DNA of 28,088 nucleotides, taken from assembly GCA_050293845.1 (NCBI GenBank), contig JBNKNM010000055.1:1-28088 (forward strand). Direction: 5' to 3'. The number at the start of each line of letters is the position of its first letter. Within the stretch, counting starts at the first letter, position 1. Below the pieces are notes generated by a model, which saw nothing but the letters and a program-made list of their open reading frames with translations, was not told where the DNA came from and searched no databases. Position numbers and translations under genes: made by a program. Below are positions 1 to 7,659 of the stretch, piece by piece. The DNA comes from Pseudobacteriovorax sp. (GTDB lineage Bacteria; Bdellovibrionota_B; Oligoflexia; Oligoflexales; Oligoflexaceae).

Positions 1-30
1 AGCCCCCTCCTTTAGGTGGGGGTAATTGAC
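1..30. mobile_element. IS200/IS605-family element end (subterminal hairpin); element truncated by the window edge
   Basis: AGCCCCCTCCTTTAGGTGGGGGTAATTGAC is an imperfect palindrome, CCCCC-T-CC-(TTTA)-GG-T-GGGGG, followed by TAATTGAC. The reverse complement GTCAATTACCCCCACCTAAAGGAGGGGGCT has the form of IS200/IS605 ends and IscB omegaRNA/HEARO 5' ends. No transposase is in the window. Confidence 0.7.
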
Positions 31-101
31 TGTCTCGAAGGTCCCTTGAAATGCAAAGTAAAGCAAACAAGCACATAAAGTGCTATTTGTTTACTGTTAC
101 A

Positions 102-1226
102 TCAGTTAACCATACGATACTTGGCACGTTTCATATGAAACTGGGTCCGAGAAATGCATAGAGCCTCATGGGCACTTGAAATTTTTCTATGTCTTTTTAA
201 TGTTGATTCGATAATGAATTTCTCAAAGAAACTTAGGGATTGATTCAGTGGTATATCCTTCTGATAAGCTAAATGTAAATAATCTATAGCATCGGTGAGT
301 GCTTCATTTTCACATCCAGTATTATGTTTTGGGGCTAGCATAGTTTTAAAAATAGGCATTTCTATTGCCTTGATGCTTCTATTTTCAATTTCAGCTTTAG
401 TAAATAAGCTATCTAATACTTTAAAAAGTTGTCTAATGTTACCCTGCCAATAGTAATTTTGGCAATGTTTGATCAACAGTGGCAGCTCTGATTGTGGTAT
501 TTTTTTGGCAGCTTGAGGCCGTTTCTTGAAATACAATTCAATGAAAGCTGTTAGTTCTGCATGCCGCTCTCGTAAGGGAGGAAGATGAATATCAACTCCA
601 ATAAGGCGGGATCTTAGATCCAACAAGAAGCGGCCTCGATTAACCTCTTCATCCAAGTCTTTAGTACTGGCAACTATGATTTTAAAGCTTGATCGCGATT
701 CCTTAACATCCCCAAGTCGCATGTACGATCCATCATTAAGAACCCGGAGCAGTCGTTGTTGGTTTTCTAAAGACAGGTAGTGAATTTCATCTAAGAAAAG
801 AATGCCGCCGTCAGCTTCTCCTATAAGACCTTTTGAACTATTTTCGGCTCCCGTGAAAGCTCCTTTCCGGTGCCCGAATAGGGTAGATCCAGCCAATTCT
901 CCATCGAGATTGGCACAATTAGTTGATACAAACGGCCTAGGACTTTTCAAGGTGATAGCCTTATGGATTAATTTAGCAACCTCTTCTTTACCTGTTCCCG
1001 TTTCACCCATAATAACCACGGGAAGATCGCTTTTGGCACTGTAGCGAATAGCTGTAAGATCTTGGTATCTTAACAAAATATTATTTACAATCACCGAAGA
1101 ATTTGGTGCGATATTTGATTTTTGGTCGAGGTAGGTATCGATTTCACTGATATCCAACGAGCGAAATCTCGTGCTACGACAATAAATACCAGGCTCTAAT
1201 GTCAACTCCACGATGCAGTCCTCCAT
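102..1226 (-). CDS. Sigma54-dependent transcriptional activator (AAA+ bEBP with C-terminal Fis-type HTH, no receiver domain)
   Basis: Walker A GETGTGKE, LFGHRKGAFTGA, Walker B ILFLDEI, WQGNIRQL and a C-terminal HTH (SAHEALCISRTQFHMK). In-frame TAA TAA just upstream limits the N-terminus. Confidence 0.93.
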   Translation of the reverse strand: MEDCIVELTLEPGIYCRSTRFRSLDISEIDTYLDQKSNIAPNSSVIVNNILLRYQDLTAIRYSAKSDLPVVIMGETGTGKEEVAKLIHKAITLKSPRPFVSTNCANLDGELAGSTLFGHRKGAFTGAENSSKGLIGEADGGILFLDEIHYLSLENQQRLLRVLNDGSYMRLGDVKESRSSFKIIVASTKDLDEEVNRGRFLLDLRSRLIGVDIHLPPLRERHAELTAFIELYFKKRPQAAKKIPQSELPLLIKHCQNYYWQGNIRQLFKVLDSLFTKAEIENRSIKAIEMPIFKTMLAPKHNTGCENEALTDAIDYLHLAYQKDIPLNQSLSFFEKFIIESTLKRHRKISSAHEALCISRTQFHMKRAKYRMVN

Positions 1227-1404
1227 GATAGATTATTATTTGGCGGGGTCTACTTTATAGCTTTCCTAAGAACTTGTGATCTAAGACTATTAGCATATGG
1301 ACCTTCCTGCCGGCTGTTGTGAGAAAGCAAAAAACATACCTACAATATGTCCCACAGTTTAGTATTTTTTATAAATAAAAACGGGTGGTTATTCATGAAC
1401 TAGT

Positions 1405-1420
1405 TGCTACAAAGGTGCCA
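1405..1420 (-). promoter_or_regulatory. Putative sigma54 -24/-12 promoter for the bEBP gene
   Basis: Minus strand TGGCACCTTTGTAGCA = GG-N10-GC, one mismatch to TGGCAC-N5-TTGCW. Confidence 0.55.
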
Positions 1421-1626
1421 GGGTGAATGGAACTTCTTTGGTTTAGTGAAAAATTCATAAATCTTGAAAAGTTTTTGGGATTTGAAAACTCAGTGGGGAA
1501 ATTTTCAGAGAGCCTTGGTAGCATCGAGTGCCAACAAATGCGAAAAATACATCTCATCAAGGTATGTGTCAAAACAAATGATCGGAGGGTTCATTAATTT
1601 TGACGTATGCAGAGTGGGAGCCCTTT

Positions 1627-2097
1627 TTATCTCTGGGGCTTGCACGGTTGGATATGTGGATATCCTGCTTGTATCGTGCATGAGAATCGGCCCTTGTAAT
1701 TACAGTTACAGGAATAGATGTTAATTCCACAAGATCTCCTCTCCTTTTTCATCCATACATCCCCAGCAAAACGGCGTATTCCTTCTCTTATGCCACATGA
1801 AACTAGGGGGTTATAGCATTGACAGCGCATAGCCTGGCCCTGCATCGATATAGGGTACCAGTAACCTGAATCCAGAAAACCATGACATTTATGACCAAAT
1901 GATCTAGGGCATGCTGACTTTTTACATACATTCATGCCAACGATTGTCGCTGCCTGGTCTTTCACACAATGCTTGCCACCCTTTGCCAAATTGCAAATAT
2001 CGGGGTCCCAGCTTTTTCCAGTACAAGGGGAAAAAGCTGCCGCTTTTATCGACCAAAGTATGAGAACGAAATAACAGAATCTTACAATGGCATGCAT
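1627..2097 (-). CDS. Secreted cysteine-rich small protein (hypothetical)
   Basis: Signal-peptide-like N-terminus ending in KAAA, 14 Cys in the mature part, and AAGGGG RBS upstream of the ATG. Confidence 0.8.
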   Translation of the reverse strand: MHAIVRFCYFVLILWSIKAAAFSPCTGKSWDPDICNLAKGGKHCVKDQAATIVGMNVCKKSACPRSFGHKCHGFLDSGYWYPISMQGQAMRCQCYNPLVSCGIREGIRRFAGDVWMKKERRSCGINIYSCNCNYKGRFSCTIQAGYPHIQPCKPQR

Positions 2098-2212
2098 AAT
2101 AAAGCCCCTTTTTGCTAATCTTGACTTGAGAAATGATTAAATGATAGGGAAGCTGCAGAATGACGACTTTGGATTATCTAAAACAGCCTCCTCCCTTGTC
2201 GGAAGTCTTCTT

Positions 2213-2228
2213 TGCAATGCCTGTTCCC
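2213..2228 (-). promoter_or_regulatory. Possible sigma54 -24/-12 promoter for the Cys-rich protein gene
   Basis: Minus strand GGGAACAGGCATTGCA = GG-N10-GC with a perfect TTGCA; two mismatches in the -24 box. Confidence 0.35.
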
Positions 2229-2389
2229 AGAGGAAGCGTCTTTGAGAAAATTGGCTATTTACCTTTTGGTATCTGTATTTAAGGATATTAAGCTCAACCG
2301 TGAGGGGGAAAACCAGTCTGTTATTGTCCTTAATTTAGTTAAAAGAGTTCCAAAAAAGGGACATCTTTTCCAAACTTGTAAACTTGAAC

Positions 2390-5305
2390 CTATATTTTTT
2401 CAAACAACTGTAAGATGTCTTGCTTATCAAGTTTTAAAGCAGCTTTCCCTTCCCCGACAGCTGATGCTGCCAATTCACGTTTCTGATTTTGTAATTCTAA
2501 GATTTGCTCTTCTACCGTACCCATAGCAACTATGGGGTGCACCATCACAGGGTTTTCTTGGCCTATGCGATGGGCGCGATCGGCAGCTTGATCTTCCACC
2601 GCGGGATTCCACCAGGGGTCCATGATAAAAACATGGTCGGCACGAGAAAGGTTGAGTCCGACGCCTCCGGCTTTCAAAGACATGATTAAAACGGGGGGGC
2701 CATCATTGCTTTGAAATTCGCTAACTATTGATCCACGATTCCGGGAAGAACCATCTAGTCGCAGAAAATTAATTTTGGCTGAAGACAAGGCCGAGCCTAT
2801 AATATCTAAGAAACTTGTCCACTGAGAAAAAATGAGGGCTTTATGTCCTTCGGCGAGAGCCGTTGTCAGTTTTTCTAGCAGCATCTGCACTTTAGACGAA
2901 GTTTCTGCGGATTGTTGGGGAAGCAAAGATGGATGACAGCAAGCTTGGCGCATACGCAATAGCGCTTCAAGGGCCTCAAATATGCTGCCACCTGCATTGA
3001 GCTTCTCGATGACTTCACTCTTAGTTGCTAAGCGAATACTATCGTATAAGGATTGTTCCTTTTCAGAAAGTTCGGTATAGAGAATTTGTTCAGTTTTAGG
3101 AGGCAGTTCCTTGGCAACCTCGTTCTTCATGCGCCTCAGTAGGAAGGGTTTAATTTTGTTTCTTAATAAAGCTAAGCTAGCTGCTTGCCCTTCTAAAATG
3201 GGCTTCATATATTCATCTCTGAAATAATGTCTGTGTCCTAGCAGCCCTGGGTTGAGAAATTGAAACTGACTCCACAAATCCTCCAAGCTATTTTCAATGG
3301 GAGTCCCAGATAGGGCCAGACGAAAATCTCCGCGTAGGCGGTAAGCTGACTGTGTGACCTGACTATCTGGATTTTTGATCCATTGAGCTTCGTCTAAGAC
3401 AATAGCAGCCCAATGAATCGTTTCTAAAGTTTCGATATCTTGTCGTAGCAATCCATAACTTGTAAGCACAATGTTAGCTAGGGGCTGGAGCTTACGCTGA
3501 CTACCATGGTAGATATTGATGGATAAATTAGGACGAAAACGCTGAATTTCTCGTTCCCAGTTTGGAATCACACTGGTGGGAGCTACAACCAAGCAGCGCC
3601 CCTTAAGTATGGTAATTGTTTGTAGAGTTTTTCCCAGTCCCATATCATCAGCTAGCAGAGCTCCTAAACCATGGGACTGCAGAAAAGCTAGCCAGTTGAC
3701 ACCTTGGTGTTGATAGGATCTCAATTGAGCGTTTAAAGGTTTAGGTAGGGTTGCTCCAGGTATTTTATCAAAATCACTCATCTTATTTTTCCAAGCCCGT
3801 AAGCTTGGGGAAAGTTCAGCACCTGTTGCTTCCGCTAACTGTGCTAAGCTGGGAAGAACAGCTTTAGGGAGCTCCTCTTGACCCTCCTTAGCCATTAACA
3901 ATTCCTTTATTTGATGGCCATACTTTTGTAGCCAGTCTTGAGGCAGTTGCGCCCATCCACCATCGAGGAGCGGGACCATATGATCACCGCGCTCCCATGC
4001 TGCTAAAACTTGTGCGGGGAAAGCTGTTTTTTTACCTTCTTTGGATGCGCTGGTAAAATCTATGGAAAAATCGTCCTCCGAGATAGAAAGATGAGACTCT
4101 AATGGAGGGTGTAAGGAAAAGGCTTTGACTCCATCACCAGTTATATCCCCTTTCCATGTTTTCAGGCTGCTAACATAATCTACGGCGGCAGCTCCCTCGA
4201 AATAAAGGGTGCGGTTTAGCTCGATACGATGATCGCGGTAGCACTTATCCTGAAGTTGTCTTTCTAAATCGAAGTCACGAATGGGTAGCTGGGAGCCAAA
4301 GCCTCTTAATTCACCATCTATGACCTTGGCTATAGGAGGATTTCCATAAACTATGTAAGGTGTCGTTTGAAGTCGTGTACCAAGTTTTTTTAATTCAATT
4401 TCCAAGCGAGGACGATCACGAACAATTTGAGGCAGGTTTTGGCTAGTATTATGGATAAAAACTTTTTTACTGAGATATGGAATATACTCGCTGGAAAGCT
4501 TAGCTAACTCGCTGGGAGCAAAGTACTTTCCCTCTTTAAGTATCTGTAGTTCCCGTTGGTGAAACTTAAAGGGTTTTATAGGGTGTAGTGTGTGTTCGAC
4601 AAGAGCCCAACCATTCTTAAATGTTTCAGTAATGCGTGTGTCCATTCCAGCCTGTAAATACACACCATGTCCTTGGTCGGTAAGTTTGACAACCACTCCT
4701 AATTCTTTGGTATCAGCATAAATAGGGTTTTCATCTAGAAAAAGTTTTCCTTCAAGCTCTTTAAAAAAACGGGCTAGTTTTGTCGCATTTTCCTGAGGAA
4801 GCAAGCCATTAACCATATTCCCTAAAGCAATGTCGATAGCAAGGTCCATTTTAGTGGGTGAAAAACTCAGGTCGTTGCGCGCAGTATTATTTGTTGTTAA
4901 GCGTTTTGTTAGCAAGGTTTTTTGCTGATCAATCTTGATATATCTTTGCAAACTCAAACCTTGATCCGTTCTTTGGAAGTGATAATCGATGGTTCCCGAA
5001 GCTGTTTGAGAGCGCGGTAATTTTCTACCAGCATCTTTTGTTTGTTTCAAGACTATCATAGCGGCTGCTACGTGGTGGCAAGGATCGCTCGGACAATTAC
5101 AATCCTTGGCCCAGTCTAAATCTTGTAAGAATAGCTGCACATGGACACCTAATCCAAGGCTACGATCTAGAACACGCAACGATACTTCGTCTTCCGTTTC
5201 CAGATCCCCGGTAACTGCATCACGTCGACTCAACTGCACTGCTTTTGACCAGCAGTGTGTGTCACACTGCTCTCTGATTTCTTCAAAAAGTTCCAAAATA
5301 CTCAT
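2390..5305 (-). CDS. SWIM zinc-finger SNF2-family (Swi2/Snf2) ATPase/helicase
   Basis: SWIM CNCPSDPCHH, motif I LADDMGLGKT, DEAQ, LSGTPIEN, and C-terminal SLKAGGVGLNL, DPWWNPAVEDQAADRAHRIGQ. Start moved to ATG 5305, which has an AGGGG RBS; the ORF track starts at 5362. Confidence 0.93.
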   Translation of the reverse strand: MSILELFEEIREQCDTHCWSKAVQLSRRDAVTGDLETEDEVSLRVLDRSLGLGVHVQLFLQDLDWAKDCNCPSDPCHHVAAAMIVLKQTKDAGRKLPRSQTASGTIDYHFQRTDQGLSLQRYIKIDQQKTLLTKRLTTNNTARNDLSFSPTKMDLAIDIALGNMVNGLLPQENATKLARFFKELEGKLFLDENPIYADTKELGVVVKLTDQGHGVYLQAGMDTRITETFKNGWALVEHTLHPIKPFKFHQRELQILKEGKYFAPSELAKLSSEYIPYLSKKVFIHNTSQNLPQIVRDRPRLEIELKKLGTRLQTTPYIVYGNPPIAKVIDGELRGFGSQLPIRDFDLERQLQDKCYRDHRIELNRTLYFEGAAAVDYVSSLKTWKGDITGDGVKAFSLHPPLESHLSISEDDFSIDFTSASKEGKKTAFPAQVLAAWERGDHMVPLLDGGWAQLPQDWLQKYGHQIKELLMAKEGQEELPKAVLPSLAQLAEATGAELSPSLRAWKNKMSDFDKIPGATLPKPLNAQLRSYQHQGVNWLAFLQSHGLGALLADDMGLGKTLQTITILKGRCLVVAPTSVIPNWEREIQRFRPNLSINIYHGSQRKLQPLANIVLTSYGLLRQDIETLETIHWAAIVLDEAQWIKNPDSQVTQSAYRLRGDFRLALSGTPIENSLEDLWSQFQFLNPGLLGHRHYFRDEYMKPILEGQAASLALLRNKIKPFLLRRMKNEVAKELPPKTEQILYTELSEKEQSLYDSIRLATKSEVIEKLNAGGSIFEALEALLRMRQACCHPSLLPQQSAETSSKVQMLLEKLTTALAEGHKALIFSQWTSFLDIIGSALSSAKINFLRLDGSSRNRGSIVSEFQSNDGPPVLIMSLKAGGVGLNLSRADHVFIMDPWWNPAVEDQAADRAHRIGQENPVMVHPIVAMGTVEEQILELQNQKRELAASAVGEGKAALKLDKQDILQLFEKI

Positions 5306-5390
5306 TTCAACCCCTATAAGCCTTGGGTTCCTAGTAATACTTGAATTTAGAATGACAGACAAGGATTTGCATTGAACGAAAAGGAGACCT

Positions 5391-5628
5391 ATGCTAATTG
5401 TAGAGTATGCACATAATACAGCTAGGATTTGAAAAATTCAGTTAGGAAGTTTCTCTTACAGACTTGATAGCGATGAGTGCGAGCAGTGTGGTAACACCGG
5501 AATCAAGATGTGAGGCAAAGCAGAACACAGGAGTTCATCCTCGCGTTAATGGGGACGCATTTTTGCCGTTGCAGCGCAGAGGAAGGGCATTTTTCACATC
5601 CGCGATAAAATGCGAGGCGCATAGATGA
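5391..5628 (+). pseudogene. Possible decayed small Zn-finger gene remnant
   Basis: AAGGAG RBS and ATG 5391, in-frame TGA at 5430 and 5511, CEQCGNTG in the same frame, and FCRC in a shifted frame. It abuts the next ATG at 5625. Confidence 0.3.
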
Positions 5629-5951
5629 AGGGCAAGAAAGCTACTCTTTATACTTCTGTGGAAGTCGAGCTATCAGAGGAACTTGTGTGTTGGTTAAAGC
5701 GCAAGGAACCCCACAGACCATTAGCAGAAAATATCTTAACTGTTCTTAAGGGGCAGTTCTTGCGTCATCGACCGAAAACAACACAGAAGCCCGGGCAAGA
5801 GAAGGCAGCACCATTAGACCGATATCTTCCCCAGGGCGCAGATCCCTTTACCCCTGTTGGTATAAAAGAGTCCCTTGAATCTTCCTTGGACTTTGAAAAA
5901 ATTCAGAAGCGTCATGAGGGTGCCAAATTATCTACTTTGCTGCAATGGTGA
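5625..5951 (+). CDS. Hypothetical protein, possibly ribbon-helix-helix-like DNA-binding N-terminus
   Basis: 108-aa ORF with GAGG RBS; SVEVELSEELVCWLKRK...LAENILTVLK fits a beta-alpha-alpha pattern. Confidence 0.5.
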   Translation: MKGKKATLYTSVEVELSEELVCWLKRKEPHRPLAENILTVLKGQFLRHRPKTTQKPGQEKAAPLDRYLPQGADPFTPVGIKESLESSLDFEKIQKRHEGAKLSTLLQW

Positions 5952-6096
5952 AGGGGTTGGAGCCCCAGAACGCTTGACTGAAACATAAAATGCACTATTG
6001 GTCCCAGTATAGCAAATAAGCATCTATTTTTTCACACTTTTCTCTAGCCAGCCTGTGGACTTTACTACTGCTGACTTGACATAAAGAACTGGGCAT

Positions 6097-6125
6097 TTGA
6101 CACTTTTTTGATATAAACCTGTAAT
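6097..6125 (+). promoter_or_regulatory. Possible sigma70 promoter of gor
   Basis: TTGACA (6097-6102), 17-nt spacer, TGTAAT (6120-6125). Confidence 0.35.
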
Positions 6126-6192
6126 ATTTCTTGTCTTGATGAGCTAAATAGATGTTGGTGCGTAGGGCAATCGAATATCACTGAGGATAAAT

Positions 6193-7542
6193 ATGAGCCA
6201 AAGCCAATTTGATTATATTGTTGTAGGAGGGGGATCGGGAGGAATAGCCAGTGCGCGACGTGCCGCGCAATATGGCGCTAAGGTGCTGCTGATTGAAGGC
6301 AGCCGGTTAGGAGGGACCTGTGTCAATGTGGGTTGCGTTCCCAAAAAAGTGATGTGGAATGCCGCGAACCTTGCCGAATCGATCCATGATGCTGCAGGTT
6401 ATGGATTTGCCATCAGATACGAGGGCTTTAATTGGGAAGCTTTGAAATCGTCACGCGATGCTTATGTTAAAAGACTAAACGACATATATCGTTCCAATCT
6501 AGAAAAGTCTGGTGTGACCTTGCAGGAAGGTTGGGCCAAGTTTGTGGGACCCAAAACTGTTGCTGTGGGCGATCAAGAATTTTCAGCACCCCATATACTT
6601 ATTGCTACGGGGGGGTTTCCCTTTGTCCCTGATATTACTGGTGCATCCCTTGGTCTAAACTCCAATGGTTTTTTTGACTTAGAGCACCTGCCTCGGAAGG
6701 TCCTCATCTCTGGGGGAGGGTATATTGGGGTTGAGCTGGCTGGTGTGCTGCAATCCCTTGGTAGTGAAGTTACGATTATATTGCGTCATGATAGGCTGTT
6801 GCGTAATTTCGATAAGTCTTTAGGAGAATCTCTCGCCACCGAAATAAAGCAGTCAGGGACTCAGATTATCATAAACAAGGAAGTAGGAGAGGTTGCCGAG
6901 CAGGGGGAGCAGCTTAAGATTAGCTGCAAGGACGGTACAGAAATTGGGTTATTTGATAAGCTAATCTGGGCAGTTGGTCGTGTCCCCCGTACAAATATCG
7001 GCATAGAAGCGCTGGGAATTACTCTTAATGAATATGGCTACATTCCCGTTGATGAATTTCAAAATACTACTGTTTCTGGTGTCTATGCGGTTGGCGACGT
7101 TACCGGTAAGGTCGACCTAACCCCTGTGGCCATAGCTGCAGGAAGGCGGCTGGCTGCGAGGCTTTTTAATCATGATCCCGAAGCCAAGCTTGATTACACT
7201 AATATTGCCAGTGTCGTTTTTAGCCATCCTCCCATCGGTACAGTGGGAATGTCGGAAGAGGAGGCTATCACCAAGTATGGGGAGGAGAACATTAAGGTCT
7301 ATCAATCAACATTTACGAATATGTATTATTCAGTATTATCCAGGAAAAGAAAAACCTACATGAAGCTCGTTACCCTTTTGCCGACCGAAAAAATACTGGG
7401 AGTTCACGCTATGGGGATGGGGGTTGATGAACTAATTCAAGGATTTGCTGTAGCTGTTAAGATGGGAGCGCTGAAAGAGCATTTTGATGACACGGTAGCG
7501 ATTCATCCCACAGCTGCGGAGGAACTTGTAACGATGACCTGA
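6193..7542 (+). CDS. gor: Glutathione-disulfide reductase
   Basis: GGGSGG FAD motif, redox disulfide [24 protein letters not shown] motif, [13 protein letters not shown]-terminal IHPTAAEE, and GAGG RBS. Confidence 0.96.
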   Translation: MSQSQFDYIVVGGGSGGIASARRAAQYGAKVLLIEGSRLGGTCVNVGCVPKKVMWNAANLAESIHDAAGYGFAIRYEGFNWEALKSSRDAYVKRLNDIYRSNLEKSGVTLQEGWAKFVGPKTVAVGDQEFSAPHILIATGGFPFVPDITGASLGLNSNGFFDLEHLPRKVLISGGGYIGVELAGVLQSLGSEVTIILRHDRLLRNFDKSLGESLATEIKQSGTQIIINKEVGEVAEQGEQLKISCKDGTEIGLFDKLIWAVGRVPRTNIGIEALGITLNEYGYIPVDEFQNTTVSGVYAVGDVTGKVDLTPVAIAAGRRLAARLFNHDPEAKLDYTNIASVVFSHPPIGTVGMSEEEAITKYGEENIKVYQSTFTNMYYSVLSRKRKTYMKLVTLLPTEKILGVHAMGMGVDELIQGFAVAVKMGALKEHFDDTVAIHPTAAEELVTMT

Positions 7543-7620
7543 TGAAAGCGGAAGGGCTTGCATTAAATCATTATAACCTATTGATTTCTTAAGTATTAAG
7601 TAATTATCCTTTTCATAGAC

Positions 7621-7659
7621 TGCTATCTCCCGATAGACGTAGGGATTCGGGAGATAGCA
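7621..7659 (+). promoter_or_regulatory. 13-bp perfect inverted repeat covering the RBS and the first base of the start codon
   Basis: TGCTATCTCCCGA (7621-7633) and TCGGGAGATAGCA (7647-7659). The right arm contains GGGAG and the A of ATG 7659. Confidence 0.6.

Noticed and set aside
1340..1396. Minus-strand ATG at 1396 as a possible frameshifted N-terminus of the bEBP
   Set aside because: It stops after 18 codons, and the other frames also hit stops before 1226; no sensor-domain motif is recoverable.
1464..1724. 86-aa + strand ORF
   Set aside because: TTG start with no clear RBS, antisense overlap with the Cys-rich gene, and no recognisable motif.
2212..2689. Short + strand ORFs 2212..2526 and 2504..2689, and similar shadow ORFs elsewhere (802, 5106, 9724, 11144, 12277, 13778, 14436, 15821, 23321, 26274, 27394)
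   Set aside because: They lie antisense to or nested in well-supported genes and lack RBS or motifs.
5430..5513. In-frame TGA codons as selenocysteine or an alternative genetic code
   Set aside because: TGA is an ordinary stop in this window (gor, the diguanylate cyclase, GT9), no convincing SECIS was seen, and the TGA codons are not at Cys-motif positions.
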